A DNA stretch of 64,000 nucleotides from Bacillota bacterium (GTDB taxonomy: Bacteria; Bacillota; Sulfobacillia; Fermentithermobacillales; Fermentithermobacillaceae): positions 12,676 to 76,675 of the forward strand of contig JBBDIP010000049.1 of assembly GCA_040880305.1 (NCBI GenBank), given 5' to 3'. The notes beneath the pieces are model-generated. The model did not search any database, was not told the origin of the DNA, and saw only the letters and a list, made by a program, of their open reading frames with translations. Below, piece by piece: positions 18,875 through 29,262 of this stretch (the stretch's first letter is position 1; the number at the start of each line of letters is the position of its first letter). Position numbers and translations under genes: made by a program.

Positions 18875-19414
18875 CTACTTCTTGACCAGTTCAAGCCCCC
18901 TGGCTAGAGCCCTTTGGTTCAGCGGCAGGAGGTCGTGGTGCCTTGCGCTAATCACCTTGGGGAGTACCTTGTACACCGTCTCAAGGTTGACCGCACCCGT
19001 GGCTCCGAGAAGAGCCCCCAGGCAGACCATGTTAGCGACGCGGTCTGATCCCAGGGCCACAGCCTCATCGTTAGCCGGGATCTCGTAGACCGAGATATCC
19101 TCTCTGACATTCTCGGCATGGATGAGCGACGAGTTTACGATCAAGACTCCACCGGGGACTACAGTCCTATGAAACTTCTCAAATGAAGGGAGATTCATGA
19201 CCACCGCAGCCGTCGGCTCAACCACCACGGGCGAGGCTATGGCCTCGTCGGATATGCAAATCGCGCAGTTGGCGGTGCCGCCCCGCATCTCGGGGCCGTA
19301 CGACGGCAGCCATGAGACGGACTTGCCTTCTTCTTTGCCGGCGTAAGTGAGTAAGGTGCCTATGAGCATGATCCCTTGTCCGCCGAACCCCGCCATGACT
19401 ATCTCGTGGTTCAT
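18875..19414 (-). CDS. 2-oxoacid:ferredoxin oxidoreductase, gamma subunit
   Basis: Track ORF trimmed to Met38 ([16 protein letters not shown]..), which gives an ATGA overlap with the beta-subunit stop. Typical ~180-aa gamma subunit. Confidence 0.85.
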   Translation of the reverse strand: MNHEIVMAGFGGQGIMLIGTLLTYAGKEEGKSVSWLPSYGPEMRGGTANCAICISDEAIASPVVVEPTAAVVMNLPSFEKFHRTVVPGGVLIVNSSLIHAENVREDISVYEIPANDEAVALGSDRVANMVCLGALLGATGAVNLETVYKVLPKVISARHHDLLPLNQRALARGLELVKK

Positions 19415-20160
19415 GCCACCGGCCCCTCCTCGTTCTTGAACTCTCCCAGGGGAAACTCGGGGATCATCTTCTCTTCCAGCCATTTGAGCGCCGCCTGGGG
19501 CGTCATCCCCCAGTTGGTGGAGCAAGTGGAAAGCAGTTCTACGAGCGAGAACCCTTTACCTTCAACCTGGTTCCGGAACGCCTTCTTTATCGCCTGCTTG
19601 GCCTTTCCAATATGGGCCGCGTTGTGCAAGGAACAGCGGGCGATGTAGCGAGCGCCCTGTATCGTCGCCAGCATCTCGGAGACCTTAACAGGATAGCCCT
19701 GGAGCTTTGGATCGCGCCCAAAAGGCGACGTGGTGGTCTTCTGCCCGACCAGCGTGGTCGGGGCCATCTGTCCGCCTGTCATCCCGTAGATTGCGTTGTT
19801 TATGAAGATGACCGTGATGTTCTCGCCTCTCACGGCGGCATGCACTATCTCAGCCATGCCGATGGACGCAAGGTCGCCGTCGCCCTGGTAGGTGAACACG
19901 ATGGATTCGGGCCTGACCCGCTTGACGCCGGTGGCGACCGCCGGAGCGCGCCCGTGTGCGGCCTGCTGGAAGTCGACGTCGAAATAGTTGTAGGCGAAGA
20001 CCGAGCAGCCCACCGAAGCGACGCCGACCGTCCTGCCCTGGATGCCGAGTTCATCAATTGTCTCGGCGACAAGGCGATGAGCGATGCCGTGACTGCAGCC
20101 GGGACAGTAGTGGGTGACCACGTTGTAGAGCGACTTGGGCCTCTGATAGACGACGTTCAC
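19411..20160 (-). CDS. 2-oxoacid:ferredoxin oxidoreductase, beta (TPP-binding) subunit
   Basis: Track ORF trimmed to GTG at 20160 ([10 protein letters not shown]..), a GTGA overlap with the alpha stop. YCPGCSHG cysteine motif and TPP motif [14 protein letters not shown]. Confidence 0.87.
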   Translation of the reverse strand: MNVVYQRPKSLYNVVTHYCPGCSHGIAHRLVAETIDELGIQGRTVGVASVGCSVFAYNYFDVDFQQAAHGRAPAVATGVKRVRPESIVFTYQGDGDLASIGMAEIVHAAVRGENITVIFINNAIYGMTGGQMAPTTLVGQKTTTSPFGRDPKLQGYPVKVSEMLATIQGARYIARCSLHNAAHIGKAKQAIKKAFRNQVEGKGFSLVELLSTCSTNWGMTPQAALKWLEEKMIPEFPLGEFKNEEGPVA

Positions 20161-21236
20161 GCCCCAACACCTCCCGCCATTATCTCGCGAAGGCGCTTCT
20201 CCACGTTGCGGGGATGCGGCACCGCGCCTCCAGTCCTCCCGTAGAAGTGCACAGGCTTGCGGCCATTCACCGCGAGGCGCGCGTCCTCTACCATCTGGCC
20301 GGTGGACATCTCGACGCACAAGAAGCCCTTGGCGCGGTCGACGACCTGCTCAAAAGCCCAATCAGGGAACGGCCACAGGCTTACGGGCCTGACCAGGCCG
20401 ACCTTGACGCCTTCTTTGCGCATCTTGTTGATCACCGCTTGGCAGATCCTGGCGACAGTGCCGTAAGCGACGAGGAACCATTCCGAATCGTCGCCGTAGA
20501 GGATCTCGGCCTTCTTCTCCGTCTTCTCGATCTCCCTATACTTGGCCTGAATCCGCCAGTTGTGGGCGTCGAGCTCCTCCGGATCGAGCCAGATGGAGGT
20601 GACCACGTTCGACTCCCTGCCCTCGTTGCCCGTGGTAGCCCAGGGTTTGTCGGGCAGAGCAAGGCTGGACTGGCGGTCGGGGAAAGTAACCGGCTCCATC
20701 ATCTGGCCGATCATGCCGTCTCCGAGGATCATCACCGGGTTCCGGAACTTGTCGGCCACGTCAAAGGCGTGGGCCATTAGGTCGCAGGACTCCTGGATAG
20801 TGGAGGGGCCGTAGACCACGAGACGGTAATCGCCGTGGCCGCCGCCCTTGGTCGCCTGGAAGTAGTCGGATTGTGACGGCTGGATCCCGCCCAGCCCAGG
20901 GCCACCCCTCTGCATGTTGATCATGACGCAGGGGAGTTGCGAACCCGCGATGTACGAGACCGCTTCTTGCATGAGGCTGATTCCCGGGCTGGAGGACGAG
21001 GTGAGCACGCGACCGCCCGCTCCCGCCGCGCCGTACACCATATTAATGGCCGCAACCTCGCTTTCGGCCTGAAGGAACACGCCGCCCTCGTCGGCAAGCC
21101 TGCGAGCCATGTACTCGGAGATCTCGTTCTGTGGGGTAATAGGATACCCAAAGTAGTACTTACATCCCGCGCGGATCGCGGCCTCCGCCAGGGCCTCATT
21201 GCCTTTCATAAGGATTGATTCCGCCAAAACCTTCAC
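20157..21236 (-). CDS. 2-oxoacid:ferredoxin oxidoreductase, alpha subunit
   Basis: 359 aa. ..[27 protein letters not shown].. is the typical alpha N-terminus. Confidence 0.87.
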   Translation of the reverse strand: MKVLAESILMKGNEALAEAAIRAGCKYYFGYPITPQNEISEYMARRLADEGGVFLQAESEVAAINMVYGAAGAGGRVLTSSSSPGISLMQEAVSYIAGSQLPCVMINMQRGGPGLGGIQPSQSDYFQATKGGGHGDYRLVVYGPSTIQESCDLMAHAFDVADKFRNPVMILGDGMIGQMMEPVTFPDRQSSLALPDKPWATTGNEGRESNVVTSIWLDPEELDAHNWRIQAKYREIEKTEKKAEILYGDDSEWFLVAYGTVARICQAVINKMRKEGVKVGLVRPVSLWPFPDWAFEQVVDRAKGFLCVEMSTGQMVEDARLAVNGRKPVHFYGRTGGAVPHPRNVEKRLREIMAGGVGA

Positions 21237-21243
21237 CTCCTCG

Positions 21244-21459
21244 TTATGGCCGAAAAACGTCGATCACGGCGTCGGGACACATCCGGGCGCAGAGAGCGCA
21301 GCTGATGCACACCATCTGGTCCTCGTCGCTCACGTAGGCCGGGTGATACCCTTGCCGGTTGAGACTGCCCTTCATCTTGATGATCTTCTTGGGGCAGACT
21401 GCCGCGCAGAGCTCGCAGCTCTTGCAGAGGTCCTCCCGGAAAACCACTCTTTTGTCCAA
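21244..21459 (-). CDS. 2-oxoacid:ferredoxin oxidoreductase, delta subunit (2x[4Fe-4S] ferredoxin)
   Basis: 71 aa with CKSCELCAAVCP and CISCALCARMCP. Confidence 0.82.
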   Translation of the reverse strand: MDKRVVFREDLCKSCELCAAVCPKKIIKMKGSLNRQGYHPAYVSDEDQMVCISCALCARMCPDAVIDVFRP

Positions 21460-21484
21460 GCCTCTCCCTCCCCGTGTTCAGGAG

Positions 21485-22168
21485 CTACTGCTCTTCGGTC
21501 TCCCAGGGCTTCTTGAGGAACCGTTCCAGCCAAAGGACGGGAAGCCCCTCTGTCCGCCCCGCAATTTCTTCTTCCTTCGACTTTAGGTCCGCCGGCGCGG
21601 CACAGAACACCACTGGCAGCCCAATCTGGCGTCCTAGCTCCCTCGCGAATTGGACGCCCTGCACCACATGCTCCACGGTTGTCTGGTCAGTCATGTGGGT
21701 GTTGGCGACCAGGCCCGAAGGCTGGAGCCCCGCAGAAGCCGCGATATTCGCGACCGCCTTCTTGGCGTCCTCGACCGTCCTGGTGAACGGCCTGGACGAA
21801 TTCACAACAAAGAGGCCCTTGGCATCCCGCGAAAGGGCGTCTTCCAGCCCTCCCAGCACCCGCGCCCCGGTGGGATCGCCGCCAACGTCGACTACGACCT
21901 CGCCCGGCCCTTGCTGCAACACCGTGCGCACTCCCTCGGGCAGGACCGGCAGGTCGGCGTGGCGGATAGACTCCTTGGGGGCCACAACGACTATTCCCTC
22001 TTGTATGAGCCGGTCCCGGACGTCCCGCACCCGGAAGTAAGGGGTGACGGCGTCAAGGTCGACGATTGTGACGGCCTTGCCCTGCCTCGCCAGCTTCACT
22101 GCGTAGTTGATGGATATCTCGGTCTTGCCGCTGCCGTAGAGGCCGTAGAAAACCGTCACGCCCGGCAA
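21485..22168 (-). CDS. P-loop NTPase of unknown role (SIMIBI/GPN-loop-like)
   Basis: Walker A GLYGSGKT, ..VTIVDLDAVTPYFRVRDVRD.. resembling GPN-loop GTPase spacing, Walker B-like EVVVDVGGD. Confidence 0.55.
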   Translation of the reverse strand: MPGVTVFYGLYGSGKTEISINYAVKLARQGKAVTIVDLDAVTPYFRVRDVRDRLIQEGIVVVAPKESIRHADLPVLPEGVRTVLQQGPGEVVVDVGGDPTGARVLGGLEDALSRDAKGLFVVNSSRPFTRTVEDAKKAVANIAASAGLQPSGLVANTHMTDQTTVEHVVQGVQFARELGRQIGLPVVFCAAPADLKSKEEEIAGRTEGLPVLWLERFLKKPWETEEQ

Positions 22169-22171
22169 TTG

Positions 22172-23146
22172 TCAAGACTCCTTCCGCCGCGGAGTTGAAA
22201 GACTACAGTTCGATGATAGAGCCCTTATTCCCTCTCCAATCAGATGCGGCATGACCAGGTCCTCAGCGAAGACCAGCAAAGCGGCCCATTTGCGCACGCG
22301 GAGTTCGATTCCGGACACGAGGGGGTCCAGCGACGCCCCCGGACCGCACAGGGCGACACAATCGACCTTTCCCCTAAGGGCCGCGATCTGGCGCCCCACT
22401 TCCTTTGCGACCTGATAGGCCATGCCCTGGACTCCGCGAGCCGCCCCTTCGTGGCCGGCCGCAAGAGCCGCCGCCAGGGCCTCCGCGTCACCGACCCCGG
22501 CGTACGAAAAAACTCCTGATCCGGTTTTCAGCTTTGACCGCACCGCCTCCGCGGCGCCGGACGTTCGACCCACGCCGGCCTGTGTCAGGTAAGATACGAA
22601 CGACGTAGCCGGGAGAGTGCCCGCCGAGGTAAAGCCAAACGGGCCCTCGCACGCTACCGGGTCGGAAGTATCGACCACTTCATGCCCGCTGTGGGCTGAG
22701 ACCGACACCTCGTCCCCCAGATAGACGGTTATGACGTTTGCCGAGTTGGCGGGGACTCCGAGGTGCTTCGCGGCCTTCTCGAACGCGCACATCTGCGGGA
22801 TTGCGTAGAAGTTCCCACGGCGGTCGCACTCCCGAAAGCCCGACAAGCGCGCTTTCGCGTTTAGTTCCACCCAGGATGCAGGCAAGGCCGTTATGCAGGG
22901 GATGCCTTTTGTAGCGCAATAGCTCCCTGCCCTGGCGGCCATGATGTTGCGCGGGTGCCATGGATAAGCCTGTGCCGGGGGCCCGCCCGGCACGACCACG
23001 ACCGACAGCGGGCACCCGGCAAGCGACTCTCCCACTTCCATGGGGTCATCCCCGGAACGCACCGTGCAAACCGCGGTGCCGTTCCCATCGAACACCCCTA
23101 CCCGAGTGCTGCTGTATCCGGGGTCTATCCCAAGGACCGCGCTCAC
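22172..23146 (-). CDS. divergent butyrate-kinase paralog (ASKHA fold), probably not a canonical kinase
   Basis: Aligns by eye with the buk product of this window ([10 protein letters not shown] vs INPGSTSTK; [10 protein letters not shown] vs MAYQVGKEIG). Lacks ~45 aa near the N-terminus. YLGDE replaces HLGSG and RRGNFYAIP replaces RRSLLHALN. Confidence 0.6.
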   Translation of the reverse strand: MSAVLGIDPGYSSTRVGVFDGNGTAVCTVRSGDDPMEVGESLAGCPLSVVVVPGGPPAQAYPWHPRNIMAARAGSYCATKGIPCITALPASWVELNAKARLSGFRECDRRGNFYAIPQMCAFEKAAKHLGVPANSANVITVYLGDEVSVSAHSGHEVVDTSDPVACEGPFGFTSAGTLPATSFVSYLTQAGVGRTSGAAEAVRSKLKTGSGVFSYAGVGDAEALAAALAAGHEGAARGVQGMAYQVAKEVGRQIAALRGKVDCVALCGPGASLDPLVSGIELRVRKWAALLVFAEDLVMPHLIGEGIRALSSNCSLSTPRRKES

Positions 23147-24207
23147 CTGGAGAGGAACATCCTCTTCTGCAAAAGGGCGCGGTGGATGCGCTCCTCGGAA
23201 TATAGGTCGGCGGCCTCGTAGGTCTCGATCCCCTTCTCCTTGGCCATCGCAAAGATCTTCATCTGAATGTCGTATATCTTGGAGACTCTGGCCAGGGCCC
23301 GGCTTTCGCTGTAGCCGCCCGGGTGCAGCTCATCGGCCACGTTAATTACGCCGCCGCCATTGGCGATGAAGTCAGGGGCGTAGATGATGCCCTTGTCCGC
23401 GAGTGCCTTGCCGTGCCTGGGCTCCAAGAGCTGGTTGTTGGCGGCGCCGCATACCACCTTGCACCGCAGCCTGGGGATGGAGTCGTCGTTGATAACGGCG
23501 CCCAGAGCGCACGGGGCGAACACGTCACACTCCTGGTCGAGGATCTTGTCGCTGGGGACGGCGGTGGCGCCAGCCTCAACGGCCCTTCCAACCTTGTCGG
23601 CGTAAATGTCGGTTACGTACACCTTGGCGCCGGCTTCGATCAGGCGCTCGACCAGGCTGAAGCCGACAGCTCCGACGCCCTGGACGGCGACCGTCCGGCC
23701 CTTGAAGCTGTCAGAGCCGAAAGCTGTCTTGATCGACGCGGCCATTGCCCGGAAAACTCCAAACGCGGTGACCGGAGACGGGTTGCCCGAGGTGCTGGCA
23801 AGGCCCGCCACGTGAGTGGTCTCTCCCCGGATTATGTCCATATCGTCGGTATTGGTGCCAACGTCCTCGGCGGTGATGTACCGTCCGCCCAATGACTCCA
23901 CGAACTTGCCAAAGGCCCTGAAGAGCTCCTCGCTCTTGTCTTTTCTGGAGTCACCGATGATGACCGCCTTACCACCACCCAGGTTCAGCCCCATGGCGGC
24001 GTTCTTGTAGGTCATGCCCCGGGACAGGCGCATCACGTCGATCAGGGCTTCTTCTTCAGTCTTGTAGGGCCACATCCTGGTGCCGCCCAGCGCGGGACCC
24101 AGCGTTGTGTCGTGCACCGCAATGATGGCCTTGAGATCGGAGACCTTGTCGTAGCAGAAGACCACCTGCTCGTGCCCATGTTCTCCCATCAGTTCGAAGA
24201 CTCTCAT
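23143..24207 (-). CDS. Leu/Val/Phe dehydrogenase family enzyme (paralog 2)
   Basis: ..[17 protein letters not shown].., catalytic-Lys motif NLGGGKAVI, Rossmann motif VQGVGAVG. Confidence 0.87.
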   Translation of the reverse strand: MRVFELMGEHGHEQVVFCYDKVSDLKAIIAVHDTTLGPALGGTRMWPYKTEEEALIDVMRLSRGMTYKNAAMGLNLGGGKAVIIGDSRKDKSEELFRAFGKFVESLGGRYITAEDVGTNTDDMDIIRGETTHVAGLASTSGNPSPVTAFGVFRAMAASIKTAFGSDSFKGRTVAVQGVGAVGFSLVERLIEAGAKVYVTDIYADKVGRAVEAGATAVPSDKILDQECDVFAPCALGAVINDDSIPRLRCKVVCGAANNQLLEPRHGKALADKGIIYAPDFIANGGGVINVADELHPGGYSESRALARVSKIYDIQMKIFAMAKEKGIETYEAADLYSEERIHRALLQKRMFLSR

Positions 24208-24222
24208 GGCTCTCCTCCCTTT

Positions 24223-25134
24223 CTATTCGCAAAGGCACCTCGCCATGGCCAGTGAATTGAGTTTCACCACGTGGGTGTCCGCCCTTGAGATGACTACTAT
24301 CGGCGCAAGAGCGCCTACTATCACGCCGCCCATCACCGCATGCGCGAAGTACTGCATGCTCTTGGCAACGCTGTTGCCCGAAACTACATCCGGCGCCAGC
24401 AAGACGTCGGCCCTGCCGGCCACGTCTCCCCCGACGCCCTTGATCTCGGCCGACTCGGGGGACACAGCCACGTCAAGGGCCATCGGCCCGTCGACGAAAG
24501 CCCCCGGGAAGGCGCCTTCCTCGGCCAGTCTCGAGAGAGCGGCTGCGTGCATGCTGGCCTCTGAGTCGGGGTTCAGCACCTCGGACGGCGCGAGGACCGC
24601 GATCCTGGGGTGCTCCACGCCCATCATGCGGCACACCTCGATGGCGTTCTTAGCGATCTGGACCTTCTTGTCGAGGTCCGGTTTAAGGACAACGCCGCCG
24701 TCGGTCACGAAAATGAACCGGTCGAACCCCGGCACTTCGAGCGCGGCGACGTGGCTCAAGATCCCGCCGGCCCTAAGGCCGGTCTCCTTGTCGAGAGCTG
24801 CCTTGAGAAGGACCGCGGTGCCGACCTTGCCCTTCATAAGCACCTTGCACTTGCCCTCTCTGACCAGTGAGACGCCCAGCTTCGCCGATTCTTCGGGCGT
24901 CGCCGCCGGGACAAACGTGGGGTTCGTTAGGGGTATACCCGCATCAGATATGACCTTGCGTATCCGGTCTTCGTCGCCGACCAGATAGGGCGTCACGAAG
25001 CCTTGGGCCAGGGCCAGCGCCGACAACGCTTCTGGGTCGAACGCCTCGACCAGGCTTACGCCGACCGGTCCTTGTCTCCTGACCCGTCCCAGAAAGGCCG
25101 AAAACAGCGGGCCGACTTCATTAGCCTTGCTCAA
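24223..25134 (-). CDS. ptb: phosphate butyryltransferase (branched-chain phosphotransacylase)
   Basis: PTA/PTB family (..YLVGDEDRI.., ..VTDGGV.., ..APDVVSGN..). Start set to TTG at 25134 (Leu32 of the track ORF, AGAGG upstream). The ATG at 25227 would overlap buk by 107 nt. Start uncertain. Confidence 0.8.
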   Translation of the reverse strand: MSKANEVGPLFSAFLGRVRRQGPVGVSLVEAFDPEALSALALAQGFVTPYLVGDEDRIRKVISDAGIPLTNPTFVPAATPEESAKLGVSLVREGKCKVLMKGKVGTAVLLKAALDKETGLRAGGILSHVAALEVPGFDRFIFVTDGGVVLKPDLDKKVQIAKNAIEVCRMMGVEHPRIAVLAPSEVLNPDSEASMHAAALSRLAEEGAFPGAFVDGPMALDVAVSPESAEIKGVGGDVAGRADVLLAPDVVSGNSVAKSMQYFAHAVMGGVIVGALAPIVVISRADTHVVKLNSLAMARCLCE

Positions 25135-26239
25135 CGGATCGCCGCCTCTCGCTTTCAGGATAGGTGCGCGGTTGTTCCAGGCCCCGGAGCACGCGGAGCG
25201 CTCCCGCCGCAAGGGCCTCCATCTCATCCTCGCCGGGGTAGACCAGGTGACGGCCCAAAAAAGCGGTGTACTCCTTCACCATGGCGACGAAGCCGGCCGA
25301 CTTGGCCAACCCGCCGGTTATGACCACGGCGTCCGGCGCTTCAGGGTAGGCCGCGGACATGGCGCCGATCTCCTTGCCCACCTGATAGGCCATAGCCTCC
25401 CAGGGCAGGGCGGCGGGGCCGCCCGAAGCTGCCTGCGCTTCGACCTTCCGGGCATCCTTGGTGCCGGTGTAACAGAACATGCCGGACCTGGCCGTGAGCG
25501 CCCCGGCAAGCTCCTCCAGGTCGGACTCAACCGCAAGGTCAAGGAGGCAAAGAGCCGGCAGCGTACCAGCCCTCTCGATCGTGAACGGCCCCTCCTCGTT
25601 AGAGTTGTTGACATCGCGGAGCCGGCCGCGATAGCACGGGGCGATCGAGAAGCCGCTGCCCAGGTGAGCCACCACAAGGTAGAGGTCCTCAAGCGGTCTG
25701 CCAAGTTCCTCGGCGGCCCTGCGGGCGCAGGCCCGGATATTGAGAGCGTGGAGCAGGCTCCTCCTTGGAATTGCAGGAACGCCCGAAATGGTGGCCTCAG
25801 GCGCGAATTCATCGACGGAAACCGGGTCAACTATGTAGGAGGGCACCCGGCCTCCCGTGGGCCGGTCGACGTCGCCAACTGTCCAGGCTATGAGCCCGCC
25901 CAGGTTGGCGGCGTGTCTGCCGCCGACGTCGTGGAGCAGATCCGCTTTCATGTACTCGTTCACGGCGTAGGCGCCCGATCTGACGGGCCTGAGAAGGCCT
26001 CCTCTGGCTACAATGCAGTCAAGATCCCGCGCGTTCACGCCACATCTTTTCAGGTACTCGTGGGTGATGGAGATCCGGTGCGGAAGCTGAGACGCGGTAT
26101 TGTACCGCGCCGCCCATTCTTCGCCCGAGTGGTCAAGCTTATCGACGCATAGAGGTTCCTCGCCATTGAAGATGGCGAGTTTTGTCGATGTCGAGCCCGG
26201 GTTTATGACCAGAATCAGTTCTCCCATGGATCGCGCCAC
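25121..26239 (-). CDS. buk: butyrate kinase
   Basis: ILVINPGSTSTK, RHAANLGG, RRSLLHALN, AHLGSGFSI, ITGGLA motifs. Confidence 0.9.
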   Translation of the reverse strand: MARSMGELILVINPGSTSTKLAIFNGEEPLCVDKLDHSGEEWAARYNTASQLPHRISITHEYLKRCGVNARDLDCIVARGGLLRPVRSGAYAVNEYMKADLLHDVGGRHAANLGGLIAWTVGDVDRPTGGRVPSYIVDPVSVDEFAPEATISGVPAIPRRSLLHALNIRACARRAAEELGRPLEDLYLVVAHLGSGFSIAPCYRGRLRDVNNSNEEGPFTIERAGTLPALCLLDLAVESDLEELAGALTARSGMFCYTGTKDARKVEAQAASGGPAALPWEAMAYQVGKEIGAMSAAYPEAPDAVVITGGLAKSAGFVAMVKEYTAFLGRHLVYPGEDEMEALAAGALRVLRGLEQPRTYPESERRRSVEQG

Positions 26240-27312
26240 TATCTGGCAGGCGCGAGCGTAGCCTTAAGCGTGAGGACCCTTGCGATCCTCTCCTCCACCA
26301 AGAGGGTGGCGGCTTTGTCGGTATCTATGCCCTGCTCCCTGGATGTCATGAAGATCTGCGCCAAGAGAGACGGGATCATCTCGACCTTGGCCTTGCAGCG
26401 GTCGTAGTTGTAGCCGTCCAACTCGTCGGCGACTTGGATCACGCCGCCTGCGTTTACCACATAGTCGGGCCCGTATAGGATGCCGCGCTCCCACAGAAGG
26501 GGAGCGTCCTCGGACGTCTCCAGCTGGTTGTTGGCTCCCCCGCATACTATCTTGCACTTCAGGCTGGGGATGGTCTTGTGGTTCAGCACTCCGCCGAGTG
26601 CGTTTGGCGACAGCACATCGCATGGCGAAGAAAGGATCGCGTCGGGCTCAACTATGCGAGCCCCCAGTTCGGCCGCTACTTTCTCGGCAGACTCGCGCCG
26701 CACATCAGAAACGATGAGCGACGCACCGGCGTCTTTGAGGTGCCGGCACAGTTTGGAGCCCACTTTCCCGACTCCCTGCACGGCGACCACCAGCCCCTGA
26801 CAGTCCTTCTTGCCGTAGACTTGAGTGACGCAGGTCTGGATTCCCAAAAAAACCCCGTAGGCGGTCAAGATCGAGGTGTCTCCGCTGCCGCCGTACTCCA
26901 CCGGCAGGCCGACGACGTAGCCGGTTTCGGGCAGGAGCTTGACGAAGTCCGACGAGAACGTGCCGACGTCGGTCCCGGTGCGGAACCTCCCTCGCAGGCC
27001 TTGTATGAAACGACCGTATGCTCTAAAGAGCAGCTCGTTTTTGTCGGTACCCGGGTTGCCCCAGATAATGCCCTTGCCGCCTCCGTAGTGGAGCCCCGCC
27101 GCGCCGGACTTGAGCGTCATTCCCTTTGAGAGCCTGAGGGCGTCGATGACCGCCTCGTCCTCTGTCGCGTAGGGGTACATCCTGGTGCCGCCCATGGCCG
27201 GGCCAAGCGTGGTGTCGTGAAATGCGATAATGGACTTGAGCAGCCCGGTCTTATCGCGGAAGAACATCACTTGCTCGTGCCCTTCTCGGGCCATCTTCGA
27301 GAACAGGTCCAA
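26239..27312 (-). CDS. leucine (branched-chain amino acid) dehydrogenase (paralog 1)
   Basis: ..[17 protein letters not shown].., HYGGGKGII, VQGVGKVG. TTG start preceded by AAGGAGG at 7-nt spacing. Confidence 0.87.
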   Translation of the reverse strand: MDLFSKMAREGHEQVMFFRDKTGLLKSIIAFHDTTLGPAMGGTRMYPYATEDEAVIDALRLSKGMTLKSGAAGLHYGGGKGIIWGNPGTDKNELLFRAYGRFIQGLRGRFRTGTDVGTFSSDFVKLLPETGYVVGLPVEYGGSGDTSILTAYGVFLGIQTCVTQVYGKKDCQGLVVAVQGVGKVGSKLCRHLKDAGASLIVSDVRRESAEKVAAELGARIVEPDAILSSPCDVLSPNALGGVLNHKTIPSLKCKIVCGGANNQLETSEDAPLLWERGILYGPDYVVNAGGVIQVADELDGYNYDRCKAKVEMIPSLLAQIFMTSREQGIDTDKAATLLVEERIARVLTLKATLAPAR

Positions 27313-27361
27313 TTAGATCCCTCCTTGGGTTGGAGCGAAAGCCCTTCGGAGATCCGTATGA

Positions 27362-27377
27362 AGCAAGAACCGTGCCT
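27362..27377 (-). promoter_or_regulatory. sigma-54 (-24/-12) promoter of the branched-chain operon
   Basis: The minus strand reads aGGCACGgttcTTGCt, matching TGGCACG-N4-TTGCW at every position except the first T. It lies ~50 nt upstream of the first operon gene and directly downstream of a sigma-54 activator gene. Confidence 0.75.
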
Positions 27378-27442
27378 TCATCGATGCGCGCCTGTGACAG
27401 GCCACCAGCTGCTATCCGACTCGATCCAGTATGCAGGACTCT

Positions 27443-29191
27443 TCACATACGATTGTCTGTGCCTGCAGCCAAGTGCGCATGCCGGTCGAGCTTGTTGTAT
27501 AGGGTGCGGATGCTGATCCCAAGAAGCCTCGCAGCCTTGGTCTTGTTGCGCCCCGCGCTCTCCAGCGCCTGCTCGATGGCGCGCCTTTCAGCTTCCCCGG
27601 TAGCGAAGCGCAGCTCGACGCTGTCGGGAGAGGCGGCCATCCGAGCCCACTCTTTGATCGAAGGCGCGTCGACGATTGGGGGCAGATGTTCCACCCTCAC
27701 CTCATCGTCCTGGTAGCGCATGTTGATGATAGACCGGCTGAGCACGTTCTCAAGCTCGCGCACGTTCCCAGGCCACCTGTACTGGCGAAAGACCTCCATG
27801 ACCGGGGCCGAAACCCGTTCCACCGAGCGGCCGTACTCCTGATTTAGTTTTCGCAAAAGGACCAGCGTCAGGCCAGGTAGGTCTTCGGTCCTCTGCCTAA
27901 GAGGCGGGATGAATATGGGGATGACGTTCAGCCTGTAGTAGAGGTCCTCGCGGAAGCGCCCTTCGCCCACCAGCTGCTCCAACGGGACGTTTGTCGCGGC
28001 GACGACCCGGACGTCGACCGGTATGGGTTTGGAGTCGCCGACCCGCACAATCTCTTTTTCCTGCAGCACGCGCAAAAGGTGAGCCTGCGAAGAAAGGTTC
28101 ATGACCCCGACTTCGTCCAAGAACAGCGTGCCACCCTCGGCCTCCTCGAAGAGCCCTCGTCTGCCGCCTTTCCGCGCGCCTGTGAACGCGCCGTCAACGT
28201 AGCCAAAGAGCTCGGATTCAAGAAGGCTCTCGGTCAGGGCGGCGCAGTTGACCCTCACGAAGGGCTTGTTCTTCCTTGGCGACGCGCTGTGGACGGCGTG
28301 GGCGAAGAGCTCCTTGCCTGTTCCGCTCTCGCCGCGCAAGAGCACTGTCGCCGAAGTAGCCGCTACTCTCTTGGCCTGGTCAACGGCCTGGGCGGTGAGA
28401 GGACTCACGGACACGACCTCGTCGAAGGTGTACTTGGCCTCCAACTGGCGCACTATCTTCTTCATCCGGTCCAGCTCATCGTTCAGCCGGGCCATCTCTG
28501 ATACGTCGTGCACCACGCCGACGGCGCCCTTGAGCTGGTCGTCCACCATGACAGGATTGACCGATACCACGACCTGCCTGCGCGCCGGGCCGACCTTCAT
28601 GAGCACGTTCTTCACCGGTTGCCGGGTACGCAGGACTTGCATGTGCATACTGGGCTGGCCTTCGGCGATGTCGACCGTGGCGGGTTTCCCGATGATGTCT
28701 TTCTCTGACAATCCGGTGAGCCGGGTATAGGCGGGGTTGATGAGGAGTCCGTTGCCGTCGGCGTCCACCACGGAGATGGCGTCCTGGGTGGCGTCGATAA
28801 TGGCTGTGAGCAACGACTGGACCTGGCGGAGGTTGGTTATCTCCTCGGCCAGGTTCTTTACCTCGGTTATATCCCTAAACACCGCGACCGCGGCCACGAC
28901 GTTCCCATTCTCATCCCTCACCGGCACACGGTTGGTGATAATCTCAGTATCTCCGACCATCTGGCGCTGGTTGATTTCGACCTCTCCAGTCACGAGGACC
29001 CTGTCGAGACGGGTGGTCAAAATGACGTCCCTAACGTGTTTTCCCACCACGTCCTCTGCCTTCTGGCCAATGATCTTTTCGGCGGAGGGGTTGAACACAA
29101 AGATCCTGCCGAGGGCGTCAACCGCTACAATCGCGTCGTGAGTTGCATTGAGTATGAGGTCCATGAGTCGCGTTCGTGCAAGATCCTGCAT
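27443..29191 (-). CDS. sigma-54-dependent transcriptional activator with PAS domains (BkdR-like)
   Basis: Track ORF trimmed to Met67 (MQDLARTRL..), downstream of the spo0A stop. PAS repeats, AAA+ Walker [15 protein letters not shown] motif (DGAFTGA), C-terminal [19 protein letters not shown]. Confidence 0.85.
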   Translation of the reverse strand: MQDLARTRLMDLILNATHDAIVAVDALGRIFVFNPSAEKIIGQKAEDVVGKHVRDVILTTRLDRVLVTGEVEINQRQMVGDTEIITNRVPVRDENGNVVAAVAVFRDITEVKNLAEEITNLRQVQSLLTAIIDATQDAISVVDADGNGLLINPAYTRLTGLSEKDIIGKPATVDIAEGQPSMHMQVLRTRQPVKNVLMKVGPARRQVVVSVNPVMVDDQLKGAVGVVHDVSEMARLNDELDRMKKIVRQLEAKYTFDEVVSVSPLTAQAVDQAKRVAATSATVLLRGESGTGKELFAHAVHSASPRKNKPFVRVNCAALTESLLESELFGYVDGAFTGARKGGRRGLFEEAEGGTLFLDEVGVMNLSSQAHLLRVLQEKEIVRVGDSKPIPVDVRVVAATNVPLEQLVGEGRFREDLYYRLNVIPIFIPPLRQRTEDLPGLTLVLLRKLNQEYGRSVERVSAPVMEVFRQYRWPGNVRELENVLSRSIINMRYQDDEVRVEHLPPIVDAPSIKEWARMAASPDSVELRFATGEAERRAIEQALESAGRNKTKAARLLGISIRTLYNKLDRHAHLAAGTDNRM

Positions 29192-29262
29192 GTAATGCAC
29201 CTCCGCTTGGTTGTTCGCCAGACGGAGCGCAATCCCTCTATGTAGAAAGTGGCGCCGGGAGG

